Below are positions 17,607 through 27,193 of a stretch of 64,000 bases of DNA, in pieces. The DNA lies in IMG/VR virus record IMGVR_UViG_3300044708_000053, positions 604-64,603 of that record. One strand, written 5' to 3'. A program made the translations under genes and the position numbers. The first letter of the stretch is position 1. Every line of letters begins with the position of its first letter. The notes under the pieces were generated by a model. That model was not told where the DNA came from. It saw only the letters and a list, made by a program, of their open reading frames with translations, and did not search any database. The stretch is from a virus (lineage: Duplodnaviria; Caudoviricetes).

Positions 17607-18988
17607 GATGGTAACGACTCCTTTTCAGTAAACCGATGCGATTGACGGTCTATGCCAAGCGCTTCGTTCATGTATTCCACCAGCACAGAAAACATCTTAT
17701 CGGCGGCGTCTGACTTTCTCATCAGATTCTGCATGACTGCGCGCTCTCCCTCAGTCATCACCACATCTACGGTCACGGGTCTTGTTTGACCAAACCGCCA
17801 GAAGCGACGCACGCCTTGATAGAACTGCTCATAGGAATGTGACGGAAAGAAGGTTGTATGCGCGCAGTGTTGTAGATTCAATCCCCATGCGCCAATCTTC
17901 GGTTTAGTCACCAGCACGCGGGCCTCACCTGAAATGAAGGCCAAAAACTTTTCTTCTTTTTCTTCATCCGAATCAGAGCCGCTAATTTGAATCGCGCCGG
18001 GAATGAGATGCGTTAACAAGTCGCCCTCATCATTTAGATGGCACCATGTAAGGGCGGGCTGACCAGTATCAGAAACCAGGCTGGCGACCTTCTCACACCT
18101 TTCTTTTATGGTCCTTCGCTTTTCCTCCCTTTGCTCTTGAAAGTTTCGCGCGGCAACCGAGAATAGAAACCCCTCGGGCAGAGACTCCGCCTTAACTACA
18201 TGCTCTATGATATTCAACTCGGGCAAAATAAATGGCCCGTCATCAAACCCGAGGTCAGATGGTTTCCGGATCGCGCGCGCCCATGATGCAACCCAGCGCC
18301 AAAACGGGCGTTCGGCGTGGCCTTTGAATCGCCACTTAACTACCTCTCCGTACATCCTCCCTGTCGCCGAATTGTTATTGTCGTTTTTGAAAAAGCGGTT
18401 GAGCATGTCTGTATAACCCATTTCGCCCAACGCTTCTGCTGACGTTCCGAGCTCAATGTAATCGTTAGGTGCCGCAGTAGCCGTTGCTAGTAATCGATAA
18501 GGCGTCTTCAGCATAAACTCTGTTACGGCTAGTCTAGTTGCGCCATCGAAGGACTTCAGGATACTGGACTCATCACATACCACTCCCGCAAACTCTTTAG
18601 GGTCGAAGTAGTGGAGCTTTTCGTAGTTTGTAACTACGACTCCGGACGGAATCTTGCCATTGTTTGAGCGCTGGCAATCAATCCCGAATTTCTCAGCTTC
18701 TCGTACTGTTTGTAGAGACACCGCTAAGGGTGTGAGAATCAAAACAGGCCGCTTCGTCTTGCGAAAGACATTTTCAGCCCACACTAATTGCTGAGGCGTT
18801 TTGCCTAAGCCACAATCTTCAAATATCCCGCCTCTGCCTTTTCCGATGGACCACTCCACCATTGAACGCTGGAAATCAAATAAGAAGTCCGGCATCCACA
18901 GAGGTTCAAAGCCGTGCGTCTCGGATAGTTGGGATTTACTGTTTAGAAAATCCGAATAGGATGATGTGTTAGACTTATTTACAAGCAA
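17597..18988 (-). CDS. SNF2-like superfamily 2 helicase
   Basis: DCGLGKT, DESS, TATAAPND, YQGVRRFWRFGQ. Confidence 0.9.
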   Translation of the reverse strand: MLVNKSNTSSYSDFLNSKSQLSETHGFEPLWMPDFLFDFQRSMVEWSIGKGRGGIFEDCGLGKTPQQLVWAENVFRKTKRPVLILTPLAVSLQTVREAEKFGIDCQRSNNGKIPSGVVVTNYEKLHYFDPKEFAGVVCDESSILKSFDGATRLAVTEFMLKTPYRLLATATAAPNDYIELGTSAEALGEMGYTDMLNRFFKNDNNNSATGRMYGEVVKWRFKGHAERPFWRWVASWARAIRKPSDLGFDDGPFILPELNIIEHVVKAESLPEGFLFSVAARNFQEQREEKRRTIKERCEKVASLVSDTGQPALTWCHLNDEGDLLTHLIPGAIQISGSDSDEEKEEKFLAFISGEARVLVTKPKIGAWGLNLQHCAHTTFFPSHSYEQFYQGVRRFWRFGQTRPVTVDVVMTEGERAVMQNLMRKSDAADKMFSVLVEYMNEALGIDRQSHRFTEKESLPSWL

Positions 18989-19033
18989 GAGCGATCTCCA
19001 ATCAGATAGCTTGAGCTAGAATCGGCGGGGTGT

Positions 19034-19942
19034 TCATAGCGCCCTGCCGATTTGCATTTTAGCATGTTTCAATGAACTCTTACGAATGAATTGCAGGGTA
19101 ACCCACGCCCCGGCCAAACTCCAGCTATACGCCAGAAACGTCCTTCCCTGATAGATGGCAAAACTCAGCGGACGCTTCCCGTCATGCGTTTTGTATCTCT
19201 GAGGGATTATGTAAAGTCGCTTGCGTCTCATTCGTCTACAGTCTCCACCATTGGCGCTCCGCAGTTCTCGCACTTCTCTTTGCTGAAACCTACGATGTTG
19301 CCAGTACATTCGCATTCGTACTTTGAAAACTTGTCCGTGCTTTCACCGAGACAGAGACAAAGCGGTTGAGTGTCACAAACTAAATGAGTATCCATATCAA
19401 TCATCCTCAATATGCAGGTGCTTTATCTGGGTCTTCCATAGTCATGCGTTCGTTACAGTGGTAGGGCCACGTATGGTCCACAATCATCACTGCTGCTTCA
19501 TCAAGTCCGTACTCCTGAAATGAGTTACAGTTTTTGCACAGCGCAATCACGCCGCTCGGAAATCCTTTCTCCAGAATCTTCATCATGTTCGCTACTCGCT
19601 TGTCACCTTCGTTTGGATCTTTAGGTGGCTGACCAAGTGTTATTGTGTGAACTGATTCCATTAGATTTCAGTCCCGGCAAAGTAGCACGGGAATTCATGG
19701 TCTATCGCTATCAGGTGATCCAGATATTCCGCGAAAGTTTGCCTGACTTCCTCTGGTCCGTCTTCGAAGATGATCAACTTTGACATTCCCGCCTCGCCAA
19801 CCGCGTGGGGATTGTCAAAGCCCTCATCCGAATCCGGGTCGATTCCAGTGTGCTCCTTGTAAGCATTGCGGATGCTTTCCAGATCAACTCCTGCCCACCA
19901 CTCGTAGTCGTTCACTTTGAAGACCTTGATTTCTTCTGGCAT
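19034..19942 (-). other. Run of four small hypothetical ORFs (19034-19315, 19228-19410, 19407-19661, 19661-19942), two with CxxC pairs
   Basis: Overlapping start/stop junctions, all on the minus strand. Confidence 0.55.
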
Positions 19943-19992
19943 CGTTTAGCCTTTCTTCTCTGTCAGTTATGTAATCAGTGGTTGATCGTTCG

Positions 19993-20439
19993 TCAGTGTT
20001 TACAAGGTCGGGCGCCGATAACCACGCCCTGATCGTTGCGTACAACTTCGGTGTTGGTCGAGTTGCATTTAGGACAGAAACCCGACGTTAGTTGATGGCT
20101 CTCAGGTGCTCGCTTGTGCATTTCTGATTCTCTGATCTCATTCCAGGCGGCGCATAAATCATTCGGTTCGACTGGAAATGAATTTGTCTTATTTCGTGAT
20201 GCTAAAACATAACAGTCATTCAATCGGCGCTCAGGGATGACGCCGTAGAGAATCTCAACCCAACAACCTGTAGCGAAGTCCCGCTCCTTGTCGCCCATCT
20301 GTGGCCGGCCGATGCGAGACTTAATGAGAATCGCCTGAACCGCTGCGGCGTAGCTGCCCGACTGATTCAATATTTCTGATGAGTTGTTGTTCGTTTCGTT
20401 CGCTTGCGCTAAGTGCCCGAGTGGGTGTGTCTTGTCCAT
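19993..20439 (-). CDS. Putative helicase loader/inhibitor-like replication protein
   Basis: Position after a replication-like ORF; W.EIL....ERRL...Y.........FP..PNDL pattern and C-terminal CxxC. Confidence 0.4.
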   Translation of the reverse strand: MDKTHPLGHLAQANETNNNSSEILNQSGSYAAAVQAILIKSRIGRPQMGDKERDFATGCWVEILYGVIPERRLNDCYVLASRNKTNSFPVEPNDLCAAWNEIRESEMHKRAPESHQLTSGFCPKCNSTNTEVVRNDQGVVIGARPCKH

Positions 20440-20917
20440 TTCGCGCTAACCATCCTCCGATATCACTCTTTACACTGATCCAACTCACCCTATTTCGCCA
20501 GTGTTCCGTGGTCTGGAATTCGTAACACCGCCTTAGAACATCTGGCGAATACTGATTTAATAGCCACTTCAACGCGGCTCCTTGTGCTGCGCCATCACCA
20601 ATGCCTCCTTTGATGTGATCGTGGTGAAACCTCATCAATTCACTATGTGCGTTGCTGTTTCCGTTGGCTTGAGGCGGAGCGATCTGCTGAGATGTGATTC
20701 TCCCCGTCTTCAACTTCGCAATGTAGCCGTTGGTGAACCTTAACCCGTTGCGCATCGCTTCATCGTTGACTAGCTCGACTTCCGCCATGATGCGCAGGAT
20801 CTTCTTGTCGCGCTTTGGTCCGTGCTCCTGGGCCATTGTCTTCTTGAGCGCATTCAAAGCTTTTTGCAAAGTAGTTGCAAGAGTTTGAAGTGATGAGCGT
20901 TCAAGGGAATCGGTCAC
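20321..20917 (-). CDS. Putative replication-initiation-associated protein
   Basis: Position and helical C-terminal domain resembling phage initiator C-termini; weak call. Confidence 0.35.
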   Translation of the reverse strand: MTDSLERSSLQTLATTLQKALNALKKTMAQEHGPKRDKKILRIMAEVELVNDEAMRNGLRFTNGYIAKLKTGRITSQQIAPPQANGNSNAHSELMRFHHDHIKGGIGDGAAQGAALKWLLNQYSPDVLRRCYEFQTTEHWRNRVSWISVKSDIGGWLARNGQDTPTRALSASERNEQQLIRNIESVGQLRRSGSGDSH

Positions 20918-20920
20918 GGT

Positions 20921-21393
20921 TTACGCTCCGATCTCTTGAATCATCTTGAGATTATCGTCACTCACGAGCATCGTATCGCTGATCACCGTGCCAGTCGGTT
21001 TGTAGGTGGCGGCGTGGTCCACGCATAACATTACGAATTCGGCATCTGCGATATCGGGGCCGATTGGTAACTCCACGATCATTCTCACAGGCAACTTCTT
21101 ACAGCCAAGTGTTGATGCGTAGCATTGAGTCATTTCGTTGGCGAACAATTCGGCATCTTCAGGTTTCATTGCAGTATTTGCCCCTTCACTTAATCGTTTC
21201 GTTCGTAATGTGCGCTCGGATGTGGAGTACTGGCGAAATCAAAGTCTGCATCGATCTCAATTCCTATCTCCCAATACACTGCATCTGGAAACGCTTCCTT
21301 AAACTTCGCTTCTGCTTCAAATAGCGATTCAGCATCTACTTCTGTGGTCTTTACTGGTCCCTGCGCTTCGTTGTAGATAACGTCAAATGTCAC
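20921..21393 (-). other. Two small hypothetical ORFs (20921-21169, 21190-21393)
   Basis: In-operon ORFs. Confidence 0.55.
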
Positions 21394-21773
21394 TGCGCTG
21401 CCTTTTTATCGCAAACATCTTCTATAAACCTGATCGCCATCGCGGCCACCTGGATAGCCTCTTTGCGCATGTCGGCCCGTTTGCGCGAGCGTTCACGCTC
21501 AACATTCTGCGGCTCTTTACCGAAGATATGATTTGCGTGAGTGTTCCGTTTGCAGACTTCCCACAGTTCGTCTAATTCTTCGAGAATGACTGCGTAGCCC
21601 TCGTGATGACCATTCATCGGTGCGTGAGTTGCGCGAGCTTTAGCCAGTTCTTTCGCTACCTCAAGCAAAACCCCTGCTTGTAAGTACGAAGGCTCAGATT
21701 GAAGTGTCGGCGGCGTGTTATCCCGAATTCGATATCCGTGAAGTTCAGCCATTGCGTCTTCTGCGTATCCCAT
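21390..21773 (-). CDS. MazG-like (all-alpha) NTP pyrophosphohydrolase
   Basis: EGYAVILEELDELWE and KEAIQVAAMAIRF acidic helices. Confidence 0.65.
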   Translation of the reverse strand: MGYAEDAMAELHGYRIRDNTPPTLQSEPSYLQAGVLLEVAKELAKARATHAPMNGHHEGYAVILEELDELWEVCKRNTHANHIFGKEPQNVERERSRKRADMRKEAIQVAAMAIRFIEDVCDKKAAQ

Positions 21774-21787
21774 CTTCTTCTCCTTTT

Positions 21788-22024
21788 TCAGTGGTTAACA
21801 ACTGACTGCGACGTTCCAAGCGCTGATTCGTCGCCATCGAAACATGCCTCGTTTTGCGCAATAATTAGCAGCTCGCGCATTTTCTCGATATCAACTTTTG
21901 AGTCAATTAGATCCTCTTCATTCATTACTTCGTAGAGCAAGTTTATCCAAGTTCCGCCAGTCATCTTTGATTTCCTATCACGTTTAGTTGGTGAACGGTG
22001 GACACACAAGTAACCTTCCCGCAA
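21788..22024 (-). CDS. Small hypothetical protein (true start probably the ATG of MTGGTW near 21964)
   Basis: The track's upstream part runs through a hairpin. Confidence 0.45.
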   Translation of the reverse strand: MREGYLCVHRSPTKRDRKSKMTGGTWINLLYEVMNEEDLIDSKVDIEKMRELLIIAQNEACFDGDESALGTSQSVVNH

Positions 22025-22320
22025 GGTTACTCAGAATTACGTCCAGCCGGAGCCACGGAGTTGTTTCTGAAACAGGTTCTTCTTGATCCGGTTTAATTCG
22101 CCAGTGCTCTGCGAACGGGCCAGTTTAACGTGCCGTCAAGAAAGCAGGGCCGAACGCCGTTTCAACCGGAATGCGCAGCCCTTCCGAACCACGGCTTACA
22201 ATATGTTGGTTGTAGAAACGGGTGATTGTCGGCTTCATGTGCTGCAAGCTCTTCCCTCAACACGGCCTGATGGTGGATTCTCTTTAGGTAGGAATCCTCT
22301 ATTTCAAGCAATTCAAGCAC
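22010..22320 (-). ncRNA. Candidate multi-domain structured RNA between a promoter and a terminal hairpin
   Basis: Stems 22275-80/22292-97; 22263-69/22145-52; 22208-21/22157-67; 22136-42/22080-86; 22065-71/22030-36; perfect 8-bp hairpin 22010-22030. Confidence 0.55.
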
Positions 22321-22324
22321 TAGC

Positions 22325-22354
22325 AATATAACTCCGAGTAAATCATTTGTGCAA
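22325..22354 (-). promoter_or_regulatory. Putative sigma70-type promoter
   Basis: TTGCAC-18 nt-TATATT; two GCAATAT copies (plus strand) overlap the -10 and -35 boxes. Confidence 0.55.
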
Positions 22355-22422
22355 TATCTTTTTGCGTGTTATCCTTAGCGCGTCCACTTTTCGGGCACTC
22401 AAGCACGGCTCGCGCCTCTTCC

Positions 22423-22623
22423 TTAACCGGGAGAGGCGTTGCTGTTTCTAGCACGTGTCACACACGCAACTGTAGTTATCTTGTGCGGCTCCACGAAAAA
22501 CTGAGCCTCTATGTCGCCCATGCTCTCGACTTCTGGTAATAGCAAGTCCAGACACTTTCGCGCACTCGCAACTCGTTCTGCTGGTGAAAGTATCCCGTCA
22601 CGGTTGAAGGCTGGTTTGGTCAT
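22423..22623 (-). CDS. Hypothetical protein
   Basis: Coupled to the upstream DUF1643 gene. Confidence 0.45.
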   Translation of the reverse strand: MTKPAFNRDGILSPAERVASARKCLDLLLPEVESMGDIEAQFFVEPHKITTVACVTRARNSNASPG

Positions 22624-23113
22624 AGGTGTCTCTGTGCAGCGTAAATCGCTCTAGTGGAGTAGAATAAGGCAGCATTAGCGTATGGCGCGGGCTTCCGTCT
22701 GGATTGCGACCAAAGCACCACAACTCAGGAAAGGCTTCAATAATGCGCTTGCATTGTCCGATTGCGTAATTCCCATTCTTGCCCCATGCCGCAATCGTCT
22801 TCTCAACTTTGAACTGCTCGGCATAAGCGACAAGATGCTCTGCGGTGTTCTCAGCGCCGATCCTGTCCCATCCCTTTCGCCACACGCGCGGGTCAGTTGC
22901 ACGCAACGCGCCCACGTTCAACTTTAGCAAGCCGCCATAGTTGAGACGCCGCGCGAATCCGATGTCTTTGCGAATCGTGGGATCGTTTTCCTTCTCATCA
23001 GCGGTAGAAGGATTAACGCCGATGTTGGCTACAATCGGCAGGGATTCATCCCAAATGCGAATCAGCCAATACCGATGTTTTCTATCCGTTGAAAAATAAG
23101 CGTCTGTCTTCAT
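22598..23113 (-). CDS. DUF1643-family protein
   Basis: RYWLIRIWD, GVNPSTADEKENDPTIRK, AAWG, NPDGSPRH. Confidence 0.85.
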   Translation of the reverse strand: MKTDAYFSTDRKHRYWLIRIWDESLPIVANIGVNPSTADEKENDPTIRKDIGFARRLNYGGLLKLNVGALRATDPRVWRKGWDRIGAENTAEHLVAYAEQFKVEKTIAAWGKNGNYAIGQCKRIIEAFPELWCFGRNPDGSPRHTLMLPYSTPLERFTLHRDTYDQTSLQP

Positions 23114-23167
23114 TTTTACTTCACTATCTGAAATTTTCCCCTTGCGCCCATGCGCTGGTTGCTTGAT

Positions 23168-23371
23168 TTACTCCCGTGCTATCAGTGCTTCGTTATACCT
23201 TCCAGCTTCATAGGCTATATCGCCCGCTGTCTCTACGATGGTCTTCACCACAGTCGCAGCCTGAATAACATCATCATTGGCGATTGACTTCTCAAGAAAC
23301 GTAAGCATAGCTCGTTGCAGTTCGCACTTTCGCAGGAGAGATTCTATTCGTTCACGCGTTGATTCGTTCAT
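23168..23371 (-). CDS. Hypothetical protein
   Basis: In-operon ORF, flanked by a 15-bp direct repeat. Confidence 0.55.
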   Translation of the reverse strand: MNESTRERIESLLRKCELQRAMLTFLEKSIANDDVIQAATVVKTIVETAGDIAYEAGRYNEALIARE

Positions 23372-23383
23372 CGGTTCGCCTTT

Positions 23384-24220
23384 CTACTTAATTACTGTTA
23401 ATGATCGCTTCTTGCGCCCATGCGCCACACCGGGCTTTCTGGCGAGCGCGATCGACTCCTCAAGCTTCTTCGTTAGACCATCCTGAATCTCACGATCGAG
23501 AAAGATGAATCCTGATAAGGCTCGCTCTTGCAGGTCCGCCGCTAACTTCTCAACCTCTACAAGAAACTCCTGACCGCGTTGCTCAATCTCTGCTATTCGC
23601 TGTTGATGGTCCTCACGATAGAACCGTCTCACAAAGAGATCTAATCCTGCCGGCGCACGAGAATCGTAGCTCACGTAATCGCACCACTCTGCCCATTCCG
23701 CACATGCCAGTTCAGTTAGAACCTGGTCAACGTCTCCGGTTGGAACCTTCAAGCTTCTCAGTAGGTCGAAGTGAATGTTTGTCTTGCGGTTCTTTACTTC
23801 GAGTAGCCCGACTTTACCGATCACTCTGTCCGGCGATGCTCCAAACTTGGTTATTGATGAATGCTGTACAAAACCGATCTGCTTTATTTCAAGATTGCGG
23901 CGTACAGCAAACAATCCGTATGCTTTGACTGCCGCATCTTCTTCCTCTTTGCCCCGATCCATGTAAGAGTTTTGATAGCCTTCGTAGGCAACACCGTTGA
24001 GACGTTCGCAGATTAGTTCCGCCTGATAATTCAGTCGAGTAATGCCCGGGCCGGTTCCTTGTCGATTCTTGGCGAGAGCATCTGATATTCTCGAAGCGGT
24101 TAAAGCGCCCAAACGAGATCTGTGCCACGCCTCCGATCCCTGCTCAACACTCATGGCGCACTCACGGCAGAAGACCACTTTGATCTCGTCTTCGTCGTAC
24201 TGGCAGGCGCAGGAATTCAC
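23384..24220 (-). CDS. YqaJ/lambda-exonuclease-family nuclease
   Basis: QGSEAWHRSRLGALTAS, MDRGKEEE, GASPD, LLEVK. Confidence 0.9.
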   Translation of the reverse strand: MNSCACQYDEDEIKVVFCRECAMSVEQGSEAWHRSRLGALTASRISDALAKNRQGTGPGITRLNYQAELICERLNGVAYEGYQNSYMDRGKEEEDAAVKAYGLFAVRRNLEIKQIGFVQHSSITKFGASPDRVIGKVGLLEVKNRKTNIHFDLLRSLKVPTGDVDQVLTELACAEWAEWCDYVSYDSRAPAGLDLFVRRFYREDHQQRIAEIEQRGQEFLVEVEKLAADLQERALSGFIFLDREIQDGLTKKLEESIALARKPGVAHGRKKRSLTVIK

Positions 24221-24390
24221 TTTGACTTACTACCTTTCACTTGCTGGTAGATCGCCCCTAATACTAAGGCGAGGCCGTATACAAAGACGCCGCTTGCTGC
24301 GGCCCATGCGCGCACGCCGACCATGTATCCAATTAACAACGCGTAGAAGATTCCGCCGAACACAAAAACCAGTGGTGGTCTATTGCTCAC
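24217..24390 (-). CDS. Small two-TM membrane protein, not in ORF track
   Basis: Hand translation from GTG: MSNRPPLVFVFGGIFYALLIGYMVGVRAWAAASGVFVYGLALVLGAIYQQVKGSKSK*. Confidence 0.55.
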   Translation of the reverse strand: MSNRPPLVFVFGGIFYALLIGYMVGVRAWAAASGVFVYGLALVLGAIYQQVKGSKSK

Positions 24391-24396
24391 GATGAT

Positions 24397-24960
24397 TCAC
24401 CGCCTTCCCTCTCTGCGCGGGACTTGGCCCAAGTGCTCCGGTAACGGCAAGTAATGACTTGGCTTGATGCGCGTATCGTAACTTCGGGACGTGTGCCACC
24501 CGCCACGCCAGTACATTGCTCGATACCACCAAAGCAACTGGTCGTCACTAATCTTTCCGACAACACGCCATTCCTCAGTGTGGGGCGCAGTCTCAATCGG
24601 CTGCCACGCTGCTTCTACTGTTAATCCCTCAGCGCGAGGAGTGGCGGATAACATCGCGGCAATCTGATCCTCAAGTCGATCCACTTCTTGCGGTTGAGAG
24701 AAGCAGCGCGTTTCGACCACGACGGGCGATGCAAACACAGCGTCAATGATTTGCCGTGCGCGTTTCTTTAACGTGTGGACAAGCGGGCAGTCCTGATGAT
24801 GTGGTGGCAGCATTCCGCAGCCCACGCAGAATTGACAGTGCGGACAATAAGGCAGCGGCAGTCGCTCCGGTGGTTGCGCCTGTGGTTCAGTCGTAGCACC
24901 AGCGTGACCCGCTCGACAGGGCAAAATCTCGCCATATCTCTTTTTGTCATTCATTCGCAT
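24397..24960 (-). CDS. Zn-finger plus DUF551-like protein
   Basis: CPHCQFCVGC; WQPIETAP...PSHYLPLP. Confidence 0.55.
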   Translation of the reverse strand: MRMNDKKRYGEILPCRAGHAGATTEPQAQPPERLPLPYCPHCQFCVGCGMLPPHHQDCPLVHTLKKRARQIIDAVFASPVVVETRCFSQPQEVDRLEDQIAAMLSATPRAEGLTVEAAWQPIETAPHTEEWRVVGKISDDQLLWWYRAMYWRGGWHTSRSYDTRIKPSHYLPLPEHLGQVPRREGRR

Positions 24961-24963
24961 CCC

Positions 24964-26022
24964 CTACTTTCGTCTCTGTTGCTCCAACCATTTCAACGCA
25001 TCAGGATATTTAGCGGTCGGCAGCTCGCCTATTTTCTTGATCTTGAAGGCTGTCAGAAACTCCGCTTTGCAGTTCTTCCCAATGCCCTCGATTACCTCTT
25101 GAAGTGTGGTGACTTGCACGTCGATAATGCGGGCGCTAACTTCCGCTTCCGCCTTTTCTGCCGCTTCTTTGTTGAGTGCTCTTCCGAGTGTGGTTTCAGC
25201 ATGTTTGTATCTATGCGCCGGGATGTCGTCAATAGTCTTAATTTCCTGTTTGTAAGCGGTGGTCAAAAACGCTAACACCTCAATTCGTTTTGCTTCACTT
25301 AACTGATCGAAGAGATAACGGAGTTTCTTTTTCTGGGGTTCGCTAACGGGCGGATCCGTCGAGACCGGTGCCGTATCATCATTCAAGTAGCCATCTGGCA
25401 AGTCCTCAACATCCTGCGTAAAGATTTCTGACGCCGCCATTGCGGTTAAGCAGAAGTCAACCTGAGCTCGCTTCTTGGCGCGCTTCAGGACTGCGTTCGC
25501 AGCATCAGCAGTCGGGACTTTTATCTGCTCTACTTTGATAATCGTTGGGCGCCCTCTGTCCCACTCTTTCTTGTACTTAAGGCGGCGCTGGTCTTCTGGC
25601 GTATCGTTGTACTCCTCTTTGCTGAGCGCTGCCCTCCAAAGGAACTTTTCTTCATTGCTGGAGCATTCCCCCACCCCGGCGCCCATAAATGAATCTGTGG
25701 GCACGTGGCGTCCAATGGCCCGTATTCTGTAGCGAATTTCGTCCGGCGTTGACAGGTCTGTAATCTCAGGGTCAATAGCCACACGGAAAGTTAGCAGGAG
25801 AATCTCGGACCCCGGCTTGTAGAGCGTTGGCTTTTTGGTTCCCGGAATGACGCCATAATGCACGTCTTTCTTCATTTGTTTCGCCATTATCCGGTGAATA
25901 GCGTCAACTCTCTGCTTTACATCTTGCAGGTCGAACACGTGAGCATCGCTGTACGGTACGATCTCAACTTCCTGCTGCGGTTGGCGCTCGAGCGCGAGTG
26001 TCTCTTCTTTAGTTGCCGACAT
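24964..26022 (-). CDS. Putative ssDNA-annealing recombinase, partner of the exonuclease
   Basis: HYGVIPGTKKPTLYKPGSE motif, KRAKKRA, and position next to the YqaJ gene. Confidence 0.55.
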   Translation of the reverse strand: MSATKEETLALERQPQQEVEIVPYSDAHVFDLQDVKQRVDAIHRIMAKQMKKDVHYGVIPGTKKPTLYKPGSEILLLTFRVAIDPEITDLSTPDEIRYRIRAIGRHVPTDSFMGAGVGECSSNEEKFLWRAALSKEEYNDTPEDQRRLKYKKEWDRGRPTIIKVEQIKVPTADAANAVLKRAKKRAQVDFCLTAMAASEIFTQDVEDLPDGYLNDDTAPVSTDPPVSEPQKKKLRYLFDQLSEAKRIEVLAFLTTAYKQEIKTIDDIPAHRYKHAETTLGRALNKEAAEKAEAEVSARIIDVQVTTLQEVIEGIGKNCKAEFLTAFKIKKIGELPTAKYPDALKWLEQQRRK

Positions 26023-26798
26023 TTATTGTTTACCTTCCAGTTCTTCCAGTGTGGATCTAAGCCTGCTCATTGCAAGCGCATGAGTAGAGATTCGCGCCTT
26101 CACTTCTCGCAGCGCCGACGCCCGCATTTCGAGTTTAGCTTCGCGTAAAGTCTTCGCAGTGAATTGCCACACTTCGCCCTGATCATTTGGCTTGCCGATG
26201 CGACAGCCGCCGAGCCATAGAGTAAATTCCCCGCGTTTAGGACTTTTGATCTGATAACTAAACGGGCCGAATGATTCCTCGTGGACCGTCTTTCCGAACA
26301 TGCTATTAGTTGACATTTGATTTACCTCTGATGGCCGATGCGTCACAGACTTCAACGTGCATGTCCGACTCGCGATAGTGTCGCCATTCTTCGTGATGCC
26401 AGATTGGTTTGTTGTAATCAGCGTTTCTGCACCATTGACAAAGCAGCCGACAACACCGTTCGCGCTCAGCGAGTACCGCCGCATCTAAATCGCTTTGCTT
26501 GTAAATCGTCGCGTTAATTAATCGAAGGGGATCTGTTTCTGTGGTCATGATTGCTCCGTTACTCGCGAGTGAGCACCGCATGGCCCACGTACTCGAAATC
26601 GTCAGTGTTCAGTCGAATGTAGGCATCGCGCACGTCGCCGACGTTGTCGTGCGGTATAGAGATGTAGCCTTGACAGCCGAAGGTTTTAGGCTCGCTTACC
26701 ACAATGAGACAACCGAACCAGTGATGATCTTGATTCGTGATTTGCACAACGTCGCCCGACGCGAGCACGCGTTCCTGCCCTGTGGTTGAGTCGATCAT
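26023..26798 (-). other. Three small hypothetical ORFs (26023-about 26337, 26306-26581, 26559-26798)
   Basis: Coupled ORFs; the track start at 26484 is probably too far upstream. Confidence 0.55.
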
Positions 26799-27193
26799 GA
26801 TTGCGTCATTTCCTTTCCAAAGTCTGGTTTTCGTTCAAGCATGTCCGCGAGCACAGCGCGAACATGGCGACACTTCCTCTGACCCAACTCGCTTGCCTTA
26901 CAGTTACAAAACGAGCAGATTGACCCGACATCGCTCATAAAGATTTCTGTCTCATACGTCTGCCCTGAATCGCTCTTGACGCTGTAGGCGAAGACTTGGC
27001 GCTCGCTGTGTGCTGAGCGCATCGCGGACCAATCGGTCAGAAACTGAATCTCCAGCTTCTCGTCTGGTAGCGCATCTTCAAGTTCGAGGATTAGTACGCT
27101 CACGTAGTGCCCTTTCCGCCTAGTGCGGCGCACGATCGCAGTAGTTGTTCTTTCTGCATCGGTGTTAGTCCCGCGGATTGAAACCTCCACCAC
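26795..27193 (-). CDS. SWIM Zn-finger protein
   Basis: YSVKSDSG..Y...FCNC...KCRHV (CxC-xn-CxH). Confidence 0.7.
   Translation of the reverse strand: MVEVSIRGTNTDAERTTTAIVRRTRRKGHYVSVLILELEDALPDEKLEIQFLTDWSAMRSAHSERQVFAYSVKSDSGQTYETEIFMSDVGSICSFCNCKASELGQRKCRHVRAVLADMLERKPDFGKEMTQS

Noticed and set aside
22083-22331. 82-aa plus-strand ORF
   Set aside because: Antisense to the operon, TTG start, no RBS; the region is better explained by the minus-strand RNA.
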